Source: a virus. Taken from it: a stretch of DNA of 31,333 nucleotides. The notes beneath the pieces are model-generated. The model was not told where the DNA came from, searched no databases, and saw only the letters and a list, made by a program, of their open reading frames with translations. Each line of letters opens with the position of its first letter. Positions within the stretch are counted from its first letter, which is position 1. Shown in pieces: positions 8,991 to 17,598 of this stretch. The position numbers were made by a program, and so were the translations under genes. The stretch lies in the IMG/VR virus record IMGVR_UViG_3300047550_007048; one strand, 5' to 3'.

Positions 8991-9160
8991 GTCGATCCCC
9001 ATGCGTGGTACTAGCACGCATCTGCCGCTTTCGAGGCGGTGACCGGAGCCGTCCGGCGAAATCATCCAATCAATGGCGGAGCGCTGTGGTCTCGATCCAC
9101 ATGCCGGGTTTTAGCCGGCACCGACTGCTTTCCAGGCAGCGCCGAGCCCTGCTCGGTTAA
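8991..9160. repeat. two tandem, about 70-nt, related structured units (A about 8991-9060, B about 9089-9160), each with 2-3 hairpins carrying 7-nt loops
   Basis: Unit A: ATGCGTG-GTACTAG-CACGCAT, GCCGC-TTTCGAG-GCGGT, CCGGA-GCCG-TCCGG. Unit B: TGCCGG-GTTTTAG-CCGGCA, CTGC-TTTCCAG-GCAG, CCGAG-CCCTG-CTCGG. Both begin with TCGATCC(C/A)CATGC. Confidence 0.5.
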
Positions 9161-9176
9161 CGCTCCATCTTGTTAT

Positions 9177-9488
9177 TTAACCGGGCATCACCGGAGGTTC
9201 TTCCAGCACACCTTCGAATTCCTCGCAGAATCTCTCTGCAACGGCAAGATCCTTGAACCAAAATCTATACATGCGACCGGGACGGATCACAGGATCCTTG
9301 CCATCGTCGTGGTTTTGCTTGTTGAACCAATATGCCCCGCTTGCAAGAACTTCTCCGGCTTCGATGAGTGGCTGTATGTAGGCTATCTGGCGAGCGTTGT
9401 CCAACACGTGGCCTGGCCCAATCTTAGCATAATCGTGTGGTAACGGAGATCCGATATTAACGCTAGCAACCGTTTCTGTTATTTCCAT
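9177..9488 (-). CDS. hypothetical protein (about 103 aa, MEITETVASVNIG...)
   Basis: Minus-strand ORF directly downstream of tRNA-Ser. Internal ATG chosen because the longer ORF start would overlap the tRNA. Confidence 0.4.
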   Translation of the reverse strand: MEITETVASVNIGSPLPHDYAKIGPGHVLDNARQIAYIQPLIEAGEVLASGAYWFNKQNHDDGKDPVIRPGRMYRFWFKDLAVAERFCEEFEGVLEEPPVMPG

Positions 9489-9503
9489 GACGCGATGTTC
9501 CAA

Positions 9504-9593
9504 TGGCGGAAGGTAACAGAATCGAACTGTCAGCCTTGTTTAGGGGCTGGGACGGTTTTCAAGACCGTGTCCCCACCTTGGAGCCTACCTTCC
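9504..9593 (-). tRNA. tRNA-Ser(TGA), class II, CCA encoded
   Basis: Acceptor GGAAGGT/ACCTTCC, discriminator G. Anticodon arm ACGGT-CTTGAAA-ACCGT. Variable-arm hairpin CAGCC/GGCTG. T-arm CAG-TTCGATT-CTG. Confidence 0.75.
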
Positions 9594-9677
9594 TTGCATG
9601 TGCAGATTATATAGCATTTCACGCCAGTGTCAACGGATGATTTTACCGCAGTTGGTCCAAGGCGTTACAATCAAGCC

Positions 9678-10451
9678 ATGAACTGTTTCATCATATCCCC
9701 GACCCTAAAGTGCGGAAGCACGCTCTTGGAGTGGATGCTTAACCAGCATCCGACGATCGCAGCCAATCCGATCAGGGAGAGCTACGGGATCGGAGAGATG
9801 CTGAACGTGATGGATTGGCTTCCGGAAAACCAACATCTGGTCGAAAGCCCGAAGATAGTTAGGCACGGATTCGTCGATGCGACCAGGAAATGGTACGGGG
9901 AGATCATCAATCCGAATAAACTGGATTTTTCCGGGGCACGCTTCACCGGATTTACCAGCTGCCGCTTCCTCCGATGGATGTTCCCCGATGATCCAATGCT
10001 GATCATCGTCCGGGATCCGGTCGATACCTGGCTAAGCTACAAGAGATGGCATGCCATGCATGGTGCCAGGGACAGGGGGGTACCGTCGGTGTCGGCATGG
10101 TTTTCGGGGACCTATGCCAGGCTCAATCAAAGCCTGGGTAGCGTCAGCAACACCCTGGTGGTGAATTTCGAGGATCTCATCACGGATCATCAGCGGGTGA
10201 TCGACTCATGCTGCGATCACCTCGGCATTGGCAGGTTCTCGGTCGATCTAGCAGGCAACGGTGCCGTTTACGCCAACATGACGGCGTTCCCTGGGGATTC
10301 GCATGATGGCGACGGTTTGATGGTCGGCACGCTGGATAGGACCCGGCATGCTGGTCCTTCGGAGGTTCTCGAGATCATGGAGATCAGGAGGCTGGTCAGA
10401 ACGGCGGACACCGGAGGTGGCATCCTGGCCAGATACCAGGGGAAAGATTGA
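9678..10451 (+). CDS. sulfotransferase-family protein (about 257 aa; alternative GTG start at 9627)
   Basis: MNCFIISPTLKCGSTLLEWML is a 5'-PSB P-loop-like motif. LIIVRDPVDTWLSYKRW is a 3'-PB RDP motif. Confidence 0.65.
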   Translation: MNCFIISPTLKCGSTLLEWMLNQHPTIAANPIRESYGIGEMLNVMDWLPENQHLVESPKIVRHGFVDATRKWYGEIINPNKLDFSGARFTGFTSCRFLRWMFPDDPMLIIVRDPVDTWLSYKRWHAMHGARDRGVPSVSAWFSGTYARLNQSLGSVSNTLVVNFEDLITDHQRVIDSCCDHLGIGRFSVDLAGNGAVYANMTAFPGDSHDGDGLMVGTLDRTRHAGPSEVLEIMEIRRLVRTADTGGGILARYQGKD

Positions 10452-10568
10452 TTGGAATGGTGTTGCCTGGAGGTGCGTCCCTTTCAGGTCCTCCTTCTGC
10501 CGGGCAACCGGCCGCCACGTTGGATTGTATCCGTGGCCTTCATCCGGGCTCTTGATCCCCGGCGCCCC

Positions 10569-10591
10569 CTTGGCGATCAACGATCGCCAAG
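10569..10591. other. perfect 10-bp-stem hairpin CTTGGCGATC-AACG-ATCGCCAAG downstream of the sulfotransferase gene
   Basis: Seen directly in the sequence. No flanking T-run, so not a classical intrinsic terminator. Confidence 0.4.
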
Positions 10592-10616
10592 TGCCTCTGA
10601 GCTGGTGCTCGGGCAT

Positions 10617-10705
10617 GCGTTGGTAGGTCCCGGTGCCGGGGGAATCGAACCAATCCTCCGGCTTTCGGCCGGCGTGCTACCATTACACCATAGATCCGTG
10701 TCACT
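10617..10705 (-). pseudogene. degenerate tRNA-like sequence: Gln/Glu-type D-arm (TGGTGTAATGGTAGCAC), GAA-like anticodon hairpin, broken T-arm; ends ..GGGACCT-A-CCA
   Basis: CCA and discriminator present, acceptor 6/7 paired, but no foldable T-stem and the body is too long (91 nt). Confidence 0.3.
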
Positions 10706-10725
10706 CGTGGACCTTTTCATCGCCA

Positions 10726-10800
10726 TGACCCAACCGGCACGAATCGAACATGCGATCTCCCCCTGGACGGGGTTGCTTTACCATTAAGCTACGGTGGCGG
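10726..10800 (-). pseudogene. degenerate tRNA-like sequence: good D-arm TAGCTTAATGGTAAAGCA, T-arm GCATG-TTCGATT-CGTGC, CCA-like anticodon loop; no CCA end and a mismatched acceptor
   Basis: Hand folding only. Confidence 0.3.
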
Positions 10801-10957
10801 TTCTATGGCTTTCCGTTACCATGGCCTTGCATCCTCCGCTCGAATCTAATGGAAGATTTACGGTGCATCAGCTCTATGGTCTTACCTGGGACCGTGCTCC
10901 GGCAAACGGTGCGGACTCTCCCTCGCGGCGGGATAACACGGCCCTCTAGGTAAAAAA

Positions 10958-11032
10958 TGGTGCTCCCACCCGGACTCGAACTGGGTTCTGAGGTTTACGA
11001 AACCCCTGCATCACCATATATGCTTTGGGAGC
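10958..11032 (-). tRNA. tRNA-Thr(CGT), CCA encoded
   Basis: Acceptor GCTCCCA/TGGGAGC perfect. D-stem GCAT/ATGC. Anticodon arm GGGGT-TTCGTAA-ACCTC. Discriminator A. Confidence 0.7.
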
Positions 11033-11383
11033 TTAATTGTTTGCTAACTTTTTGAATTCGTCAAACGACAGGGATCTAACGACCTCCATCTGTCCGTTGG
11101 CGTATCTTTTCGGATCCATGTCGCTGATGACCTCGCCGGTCGGCAGCATGGCATCCCCGTGTACTATCATCTCCGTCCGTCCCGGCCTGGCCTTGATCCC
11201 CCAGAGCCGTATCTCGGCCTTTGGGGCAAGATCGGGATGGTCCCTTAGCCATTCACCGACGTATGCATAGCAGGTGTCCTTGTCGACCGTCCTGCCGTGG
11301 GCGAATCCACCGGCCATCTTTTTGATGGCATTATCAATGGTGGCATTGGTCAGACCGGCCTCGGTAAGTTCCATGTATCTCAT
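11033..11383 (-). CDS. hypothetical protein (116 aa, MRYMELTEAGLTNATIDNAIKKMAGG...), immediately downstream of the sirtuin gene
   Basis: Start ATG 11381-11383 lies 8 nt after the Sir2 stop. The ORF ends abutting tRNA-Thr. Confidence 0.45.
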   Translation of the reverse strand: MRYMELTEAGLTNATIDNAIKKMAGGFAHGRTVDKDTCYAYVGEWLRDHPDLAPKAEIRLWGIKARPGRTEMIVHGDAMLPTGEVISDMDPKRYANGQMEVVRSLSFDEFKKLANN

Positions 11384-11391
11384 GCTGATAT

Positions 11392-12159
11392 TTATAACAT
11401 ATCGACCAGCATTCCTATGCCTGCCAGGGCGGTGGCGGCGATTCCAACGTCCTGCCTGCGGCTCGGTTCGCTTTCGTGAGGATTGATCCGTATCAACGCG
11501 GCCGTGCGCTCCTCTCCGAAATAGCGTATCGAGGGGATCACCGTACCAGCACCGATCTCTATTCCAAGCAGGTTCATCTTCGGTGCGGCCCATGCCCGAT
11601 ACCGATCCTCGCCGTGGTCGATGTTCTTCCATACCAGGCTCGAATCGCTGAACATCATCACGTTCGGGCGCAGGATGTTCTGGCACCTCGGACAGCGGGG
11701 TATCTCGTCGGCCGAGGCCAGTGCTGCGGTGAATGCCGGCATTGGATACACGTCCCTGGTGCAGGGCTGGTTGCATTGCGCATGGCGCAGGTCTCCGTGT
11801 ATCTCATGTATCCGATCGGGATCGTATCCGGCCTTGTGGAAGTGCCCGTCAACGTTGCTGGTCACCACGAAATAGTCCTTGCCGTGGTCAAGCATCGCCC
11901 GCAGCAGTTGATGGTATCCGTCGTGGGGTTGGACGTCTCGATATTGGATGATGCGATTGATGTAGAAGTTCCATGCGGGAACCGGATCATCGTCAAATCC
12001 GCGTGCGGTAGCACGGGCCACGAAGTCCTCCTTGGCCTTGGTCCACATGCCGTCGTTGCCTCGGAAATCCGGAAGACCACTGTCCACCCCCATGCCAGCA
12101 CCGGCAAGTATGACTATCCCGTCGGCGGCATGGAACATGCTTGATATCAACCTATCCAT
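11392..12159 (-). CDS. Sir2-family NAD-dependent protein deacylase / ADP-ribosyltransferase (sirtuin, about 255 aa)
   Basis: GAGMGVDSGLPDFRG..GMW is the sirtuin NAD-binding signature. VTSNVDGHFHKAG. HG...C..C...CPRCQNILRPNVMMF is the Zn ribbon and FGE-like motif. GGAG SD 7 nt upstream. Confidence 0.8.
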   Translation of the reverse strand: MDRLISSMFHAADGIVILAGAGMGVDSGLPDFRGNDGMWTKAKEDFVARATARGFDDDPVPAWNFYINRIIQYRDVQPHDGYHQLLRAMLDHGKDYFVVTSNVDGHFHKAGYDPDRIHEIHGDLRHAQCNQPCTRDVYPMPAFTAALASADEIPRCPRCQNILRPNVMMFSDSSLVWKNIDHGEDRYRAWAAPKMNLLGIEIGAGTVIPSIRYFGEERTAALIRINPHESEPSRRQDVGIAATALAGIGMLVDML

Positions 12160-12174
12160 TTGATCTCCGGATGA

Positions 12175-12249
12175 TGGTGCTCCAGGACAGAATCGAACTG
12201 TCATTTATGCCTTACCAAGGCATTGCAATGGCCATTATACTACAGGAGC
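12175..12249 (-). tRNA. tRNA-Thr(GGT), CCA encoded
   Basis: Anticodon arm ATGCC-TTGGTAA-GGCAT. T-arm GACAG-TTCGATT-CTGTC. Acceptor has one mismatch. Confidence 0.65.
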
Positions 12250-12253
12250 GTTA

Positions 12254-12329
12254 TGGTGCTGATGCTCGGGATCGAACCGAGGGCTTCCGCCTTACCAAGA
12301 CGGTACTCTTCCAACTGAGTTACATCAGC
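12254..12329 (-). tRNA. tRNA-Thr(GGT) second copy, CCA encoded
   Basis: Acceptor GCTGATG/CATCAGC. D-stem ACTC/GAGT. Anticodon arm CCGTC-TTGGTAA-GGCGG. T-arm CTCGG-TTCGATC-CCGAG. Confidence 0.75.
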
Positions 12330-12334
12330 ATGTT

Positions 12335-12416
12335 TGGTGCTACGGGAGGGACTCGAACCCCCGGTGTTGTGTGCCTGCTTACAAGGCAGGTGCTGTCGCC
12401 GCTGAGCCACCGTAGC
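12335..12416 (-). tRNA. tRNA-Thr(TGT) with unusually long (11 nt) variable region, CCA encoded
   Basis: Acceptor GCTACGG/CCGTAGC. Anticodon arm CCTGC-CTTGTAA-GCAGG. T-arm GGGGG-TTCGAGT-CCCTC. Confidence 0.6.
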
Positions 12417-12438
12417 ATGTTTAGTCTACTCTATTTAT

Positions 12439-12513
12439 TGGTGGACCGTTGGAGAATCGAACTCCAGATTTCGCCACGCCAGGGCGATGTGATTCCACTT
12501 GCACTAACGGCCC
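12439..12513 (-). tRNA. tRNA-Ala(GGC), G3:U70, CCA encoded
   Basis: Acceptor GGGCCGT/ACGGTCC. Anticodon arm TCGCC-CTGGCGT-GGCGA. T-arm TGGAG-TTCGATT-CTCCA. Confidence 0.7.
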
Positions 12514-12522
12514 AATTAATCT

Positions 12523-12598
12523 TGGTGGAGCCTATCGGGATCGAACCGATGACATTTAGCTTGCAAAGCTAACGCTCTCCCAGCTGAGCTAAGACCCC
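12523..12598 (-). tRNA. tRNA-Ala(TGC), G3:U70, CCA encoded
   Basis: Acceptor GGGGTCT/AGGCTCC. D-arm GCTCAGCTGGGAGAGC. Anticodon arm TTAGC-TTTGCAA-GCTAA. Confidence 0.75.
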
Positions 12599-12639
12599 AT
12601 GTTCGTATATTAACGCAAATTCCTTGTTTGTCAATGGAA

Positions 12640-13209
12640 TCATGCCATAAATGGTGAGAATCTCTCGACCGACTGTTTCCACGACAATGGATTGCCCGTC
12701 GTCCTGTCGTACAGGACGTAGCTCACGCACCATCTAGATTCGATGCTACTATTGACCATGTCATGCGGCACCCCGACCTGCACGAGGCTGGGGAATCCAA
12801 CCGAAGCTTCCCAGATCACCTGGCAACCCTCGTCCTCATATGTGATGCACTTGGTACCAGCGGAGGTGATCCGATCGATTGGACCTTTTCCGGAAGGTGG
12901 CGGGCGCCACCATCTCATCTTGCTGCCTGAACCACCGTAAACCCAGTTGAGCTTGCAGAGATCCTTCATCGTGTTGCCGTCGATGTGTATAGGCCTCCTT
13001 ATTCCGGGAAGGGAATAAAATACCTCCGCAAGTGGTATGGTGATGCCGAGGCCGTTTAGGAACCCTGTTATCCGCGGATCGAATCCATTGATCGGTATGG
13101 TCGCGTGCCATGAGGATTCCGGGGATCTGTCGACGAGGACCGGATCGAATGCCGGGTGCATGGTCGGATCAAATCCAAGATCAAGGTTCATGCAGAAAGG
13201 GTTCGTCAT
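12640..13209 (-). CDS. paralog 1 of an HxD...H...RxxxS family (putative Fe(II)/2-oxoglutarate-dependent oxygenase-like protein, 189 aa)
   Basis: IHIDG (HxD) ... GFPSLVQVGVPHDMVNSSIESRWCVSY (distal His, then Arg about 10 residues later, then Ser). Two upstream copies of CCGGATAAATAT. Confidence 0.55.
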   Translation of the reverse strand: MTNPFCMNLDLGFDPTMHPAFDPVLVDRSPESSWHATIPINGFDPRITGFLNGLGITIPLAEVFYSLPGIRRPIHIDGNTMKDLCKLNWVYGGSGSKMRWWRPPPSGKGPIDRITSAGTKCITYEDEGCQVIWEASVGFPSLVQVGVPHDMVNSSIESRWCVSYVLYDRTTGNPLSWKQSVERFSPFMA

Positions 13210-13213
13210 CTTC

Positions 13214-13245
13214 GTATATTTATCCGGTTACCGGATATTTATCCG
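13214..13245 (-). promoter_or_regulatory. two direct copies of CCGGATAAATAT(A/C)C, 6 and 24 nt upstream of the paralog-1 ATG
   Basis: Motif family member, duplicated. Confidence 0.5.
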
Positions 13246-13820
13246 GTTAGATGCGGGCCTAGACGGGAAACGGCATCCGGCCATTGCAGGTTCACATCCT
13301 TCTCCATCATTCCCAGCGTGTAGCTCACGCACCATCTGGTTTGATTGGTGGCATTGATGATGTTGTGTGGTACACCGACGTTTACCAGGCTTGGTTGGCC
13401 TATTTCAGCCGAATGCAGCATGGTGCATTCCGATTCATCGAAATCAAGGTATCTAGTGCCCTTCGGCGTGATCTTCGGGGATGCATTCGTTGCTTGGTGG
13501 TTTGGTTTCCACCATGCCATCCTGCTACCATTTGCACCGAATGCCCAGTTCAGCTTGCAGGCAGCGTCCATCACGCCACCATCGACATGTATCCTGGTCG
13601 TGGTCATCGGTCCGGTCCTAAAGATCTCTCCGAAGTTGATTCTTAGCCCGATGGTAGCAAGCCAGGCTGCTAGGTCCTTGTCGAAGTTGGCCCGATCTAT
13701 TATGAACTGGGAGAAGCCAACGGGAGAACCATTCGAAAACATGAACCTAGCAACCTGCTCCATGCCAATGTAGCAGGGTATGCTCGCGCGAATATGTAAC
13801 CCATTGATCATCATGCACAT
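13239..13820 (-). CDS. paralog 2 of the HxD...H...RxxxS family (193 aa)
   Basis: IHVDGGVMDAACKLNW...GQPSLVNVGVPHNIINATNQTRWCVSY. Aligns along its full length with paralogs 1 and 3. Confidence 0.55.
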   Translation of the reverse strand: MCMMINGLHIRASIPCYIGMEQVARFMFSNGSPVGFSQFIIDRANFDKDLAAWLATIGLRINFGEIFRTGPMTTTRIHVDGGVMDAACKLNWAFGANGSRMAWWKPNHQATNASPKITPKGTRYLDFDESECTMLHSAEIGQPSLVNVGVPHNIINATNQTRWCVSYTLGMMEKDVNLQWPDAVSRLGPHLTG

Positions 13821-13822
13821 TA

Positions 13823-13964
<142 letters not shown>

Positions 13965-13975
13965 ATGTATCATAT

Positions 13976-14527
13976 TTAACGTATGTTTCGGAACTTTTCA
14001 AGAATTGATTTCATCTCGACCACGTTACCGTGGTCATTGGCGTCGATGCTGCGATCCATCCTGGTCTGCATCTTGGCACGCCTCTCTCCCATCGTCAGAT
14101 CAATGAGAGCGTTATTGAGTCCAAATCGATTATCAATCATCCTGGTGATCAGCCCGTTCGGCAGCAGTATGTCTCGCACGCTTTCAACGTGTCGATAAGC
14201 CGCTTCCGCATCCATGCCATGCTGGATCATTATTCCGATCGCGGCAGAGGTGCTGCGGCTAATGCCCTGGTGACAGTGTACCAGCAATCTATCCCCATCC
14301 TGCAGATCCTTAGAAAACTCCAGTATGGAGTCCAGATGATGCTCATTTGGCAGCACCCAGCTTTCCATCAGCTGGCTTTCGACGTCGTGGAGATGCAGAA
14401 CCAGATGATTTTCGCAGGAGAAGAGGATCTGTACCCCCGGGTCAACCATGCTTATGATGTGGGTGGGCCACCCGTTTTCTGCCCATCTCCCGGCCTCAAA
14501 AATGCCGCAAATCTTCAGCTCGAACAT
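13976..14527 (-). CDS. cysteine (CX5R) protein-tyrosine / dual-specificity-type phosphatase (183 aa)
   Basis: LVHCHQGISRSTSAAIGIM matches the HCxxGxxRS/T active-site motif. AGGAG SD upstream. Confidence 0.75.
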   Translation of the reverse strand: MFELKICGIFEAGRWAENGWPTHIISMVDPGVQILFSCENHLVLHLHDVESQLMESWVLPNEHHLDSILEFSKDLQDGDRLLVHCHQGISRSTSAAIGIMIQHGMDAEAAYRHVESVRDILLPNGLITRMIDNRFGLNNALIDLTMGERRAKMQTRMDRSIDANDHGNVVEMKSILEKFRNIR

Positions 14528-14627
14528 GTGACTCCTTGGAAGTACCGCAGGGTTTATGTGCTACCAGCGTTAGGTCTGCGAGCTGGGGGGATTTAACCAA
14601 ATGTTCCCCAAAGGTTCCTCGTGGAAA

Positions 14628-14702
14628 TGGCTCCGGCGGGTGGACTTGAACCACCAACCAACAGATTAACAGTCTGCTGCGCTACCATTGCGCTACGCCG
14701 GA
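14628..14702 (-). tRNA. tRNA-Asn(GTT), CCA encoded
   Basis: Acceptor TCCGGCG/CGCCGGA. D-stem GCGC/GCGC. Anticodon arm GCAGA-CTGTTAA-TCTGT. T-arm GGTGG-TTCAAGT-CCACC. Confidence 0.75.
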
Positions 14703-14928
14703 ATAGCTTGTTCCATAGCATGCGGTAAAATCCGCATGCTGTCAACCAGGGCGATGGACGTGATGCATGCGGGCAAAAACTCCCGAGCACCCCGTCCATC
14801 GAACGGACCATCCCGTGGTTTCTCGATCCGATGGACCTGCCAGGGCTGGCCGCGAACCAACCGCTACCTAACAGCCCTGATGGTTTCCATCATCCCGTTC
14901 CATTCTACAGGCGGGTCCCTGCCCGTGT

Positions 14929-15840
14929 TTAGGCCGCCAGCACCGCCCGCAGCCGTTCCTCGTCGAAGCGGATGCGCTTGACATCATCGAGGTTGATGAT
15001 GTTGTCCAGCGTCACCGGTTCGCGATGCTTGGGACCGCGATAGTCGCCGATGGCGGCCATGGTCCGGCGATGCACCTCGGCCAGCAGCTCCTCGCTGGTG
15101 AAGTCAGCCAGGTTGGGCGCCGCGCCCTGCGTGTTGGTCAGCTCCCGATCTAGGTGCTCGACCTCAAGGGCGAGCTCGCGCTTCTCGATCGCCAAGCGCT
15201 CGATGGTCTGGGCTTGGTTCGCCAGGCGGACGTCACGTGCCTCCAGCGCACTCTTGAGTGCCTTGAAATCCTCCATCCTCGGGCCAATGGCCAGCCGGTG
15301 AGCATGAACGATCTCGTAGTCGCCCGAGAACATGGTGATCACGTCCTCGATGCTGGTGACGGTGATCTTGCTGGCTTCACCGGCCAATCGGATCCGCACT
15401 CCCTCCTGTTGGCTCCGATCGCCGTGCAGCAATCGGATCACGGTCCGTGATGGGCGGCCGTTGTAATGGCGCTGGTTCAGCGTCATCTGCCAGCCGGAGG
15501 TATCGCCGTGGCCGTCGAAGCGGAAGCTCGGCGTGTTGATCAGGATCCGCGGGATCTCGCGGAAGTTGGTGATCTTCACGTAGGTCTGGTATCGTTCGAC
15601 GTCGATGTGGTTGCCCGCATTGGTGACCTTGGGACCGACCGGGGAGGTGACCTGGACGGGCTCAAAGGTGTGAGGATCGATCACGATCATCGTGTCATTC
15701 TCCATATGAAGAGATCCTGGCATTTTCCAGTTGATTTCTGTCATGCCGTGTCTGCCCCGGTTTTCCGAAAGGAGCGGGGTGTTGTTCAGCCTCTTTCGGT
15801 CAAACATCAGCTGCTCGCTGCTCTCGGGGTGATGATTCAT
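14929..15840 (-). CDS. hypothetical protein with C-terminal coiled coil (about 303 aa; start uncertain, ORF extends to 15912)
   Basis: Long minus-strand ORF. ATG at 15838-15840 chosen because it has a GGTGGA SD-like sequence. No recognisable domain. Confidence 0.45.
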   Translation of the reverse strand: MNHHPESSEQLMFDRKRLNNTPLLSENRGRHGMTEINWKMPGSLHMENDTMIVIDPHTFEPVQVTSPVGPKVTNAGNHIDVERYQTYVKITNFREIPRILINTPSFRFDGHGDTSGWQMTLNQRHYNGRPSRTVIRLLHGDRSQQEGVRIRLAGEASKITVTSIEDVITMFSGDYEIVHAHRLAIGPRMEDFKALKSALEARDVRLANQAQTIERLAIEKRELALEVEHLDRELTNTQGAAPNLADFTSEELLAEVHRRTMAAIGDYRGPKHREPVTLDNIINLDDVKRIRFDEERLRAVLAA

Positions 15841-15904
15841 CTCGGTTGATCCACCGATGCAGCATGCCGGATTACACGTCCATGATCCGGCATGCCGCGC
15901 CGGA

Positions 15905-16111
15905 TCACACACCGTTCTCGAAGTCCTCGATGGCCTTCTGGATCTCGAGGTTGATGCCGTTGACCACCTTCTCGGCCTCGATGCGCTTCTGCACCAGGGC
16001 CTTGACCTTGGCCTTCAGCGACTCGCGGCCGGCCTTCTGGATCTCGGCCTCGACCTGGGCCAGCAGGCTCTGCGAGCTGTTGTTGGAGGCGTTGTTGTTG
16101 CTGTCGCTCAT
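15905..16111 (-). CDS. small coiled-coil protein (68 aa, MSDSNNNASNNSSQSLLAQVEAEIQKAG...)
   Basis: ATG at 16109-16111 with an AGAGAAGGA SD-like sequence 12 nt upstream. GCTATAAATGCC motif about 50 nt upstream (16164-16175). Confidence 0.45.
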   Translation of the reverse strand: MSDSNNNASNNSSQSLLAQVEAEIQKAGRESLKAKVKALVQKRIEAEKVVNGINLEIQKAIEDFENGV

Positions 16112-16163
16112 GGGATAGCGGGTCCTTCTCTGTGATTGGACATTACAAGCAATGCGCTTGCAG

Positions 16164-16175
16164 GGCATTTATAGC
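16164..16175 (-). promoter_or_regulatory. GCTATAAATGCC motif about 50 nt upstream of the small coiled-coil ORF
   Basis: Motif family member at promoter-like distance. Confidence 0.4.
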
Positions 16176-16221
16176 ACGCACCGTAGGTGCTGTCTAGAGA
16201 TATTTTGGTTGTGCCCGCATC

Positions 16222-17439
16222 TTACCTGCTGGACGGAGGAGCGTGCATGGCTTCCGCCATCTTGAGCTCAGGGAAGGCGGCAAAGGTGTCCTGCTTCCTG
16301 CGGGCATCCAGCATGCGATGGTAATCGAGGAAGCTGCCAAACAGGGATGATCGATCGCGCAGCATCATGAAAGCAGCGGCCTCCTCCCACTGCTTGACCG
16401 GGTAGCCAAGGTAGCCACGCTCGGTCAACCAGGCCCGGTGCTTGGATATGCGATCGCATACCAAGGACTTGTAACCGATGGGAAGGACCCTGGTGCTCAG
16501 GTTCTCGGGTGCCACCAGCATGTTCATCGTGAAACGATCCGGTTTCATCAATGATGATTCGATCAAATGCTTCTGCAGGTCCGGCACGTGGTAGATGTTG
16601 GTGGCCCCGACCGTGCATTGCACATTGAAAGGTATCGACGATTCCATCAACCTGCGGAGGTTTTCCTCGGTACGCTCCCAGACGGTCCCGTTCCTGTATA
16701 TCTCGGCCCTGGGTCCCATGGCATCAAGGCTGGCATGCAGCCTCATCATGGGAAACCTGCGGGCGTACTCGACCAGGTCCCTGCCGTTGTGGACCAGCTT
16801 GCTCAGGTTGGTCGTAAAGGTGATGGGTATGTTGGTCCTACCGAGCTCGATCAACCTGTCCAGTATCTCCCAGTGCTCGGGCACCAGCATGCTTTCCCCG
16901 CCGGCGAAATTGATGCCATCCACCGTTGGTAGATGCGCAATCACCTGGTCGAGGTATCCAGGGACCCTGTCCGATATGCGAACGACCGGATCCTCCCAGC
17001 CGATCTCCTGTGCCCACAGGCTGCTGTATTCGGGGGCGCACGACCGGCAGGAGAAGTTGCAGAGATTGCTGAACCTGATGTTCAGGTATCTCATCTTGAA
17101 CCCGGATTTCAGCGTGCCATCCGGATTGGTATCCTCGATCAGATCCGGGATGATGTCCTTGTACATGTTGTTGAACGTGTCACGGAGGCTCATGGAGTGG
17201 GTACCGTCGCCCGAGGATCTCTTCACGTTGCACTGATGGCATCTCGGGATCTCTTGGTTCGACAGCATTTTCGAGCGCACGTCGCTCATCATCGGACCGT
17301 CGGCGATATCCTGTATCGACACGTCCTTGGTGACACCATCCGTGATGCCACGTTGCTGCCACATGCAGCAGGCCACGGCCTTACCGTCCGGCATCGTGTG
17401 GAGATGTATCCACGGAAAAACGCAGAAATTCTCGTTCAT
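16222..17439 (-). CDS. radical SAM domain protein (405 aa), function unknown
   Basis: YLNIRFSNLCNFSCRSCAPEY contains the CxxxCxxC radical-SAM cluster motif. Additional N-terminal Cys pairs (VACCMW..., PRCHQC). Confidence 0.75.
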   Translation of the reverse strand: MNENFCVFPWIHLHTMPDGKAVACCMWQQRGITDGVTKDVSIQDIADGPMMSDVRSKMLSNQEIPRCHQCNVKRSSGDGTHSMSLRDTFNNMYKDIIPDLIEDTNPDGTLKSGFKMRYLNIRFSNLCNFSCRSCAPEYSSLWAQEIGWEDPVVRISDRVPGYLDQVIAHLPTVDGINFAGGESMLVPEHWEILDRLIELGRTNIPITFTTNLSKLVHNGRDLVEYARRFPMMRLHASLDAMGPRAEIYRNGTVWERTEENLRRLMESSIPFNVQCTVGATNIYHVPDLQKHLIESSLMKPDRFTMNMLVAPENLSTRVLPIGYKSLVCDRISKHRAWLTERGYLGYPVKQWEEAAAFMMLRDRSSLFGSFLDYHRMLDARRKQDTFAAFPELKMAEAMHAPPSSR

Positions 17440-17452
17440 CCGCTATTTATCT
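17440..17452 (-). promoter_or_regulatory. AGATAAATAGCGG motif ending 1 nt before the radical-SAM ATG
   Basis: Motif family member. Confidence 0.5.
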
Positions 17453-17469
17453 TGGATTTTTTCGTGATT

Positions 17470-17545
17470 TGGAGTTCGGGGAGGGACTCGCACCCACATC
17501 ATTCCGGTTTTGCAGACCGGTGCCTAGCTTTTCGGCCACCCGAAC
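17470..17545 (-). tRNA. tRNA-Cys(GCA), U73, CCA encoded; T-loop TGCGAGT
   Basis: Acceptor GTTCGGG/CCCGAAC. Anticodon arm CCGGT-CTGCAAA-ACCGG. Discriminator T. Confidence 0.65.
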
Positions 17546-17598
17546 ATCATTCTTGCGTCAAACAGCATCAGGAAACGATGGCATCCAAAACACTGTTA

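Noticed and set aside
12141-12572. 143-aa plus-strand ORF spanning 12.1-12.6 kb
   Set aside because: It runs straight across five tightly packed, well-folded tRNA genes (Thr x3, Ala x2) on the opposite strand. Spurious.
14703-14928. Hairpin CATGCGG-TAAAAT-CCGCATG downstream of the 14929 gene as an intrinsic terminator
   Set aside because: No adjacent T-run on the transcribed (minus) strand, so it was not called.
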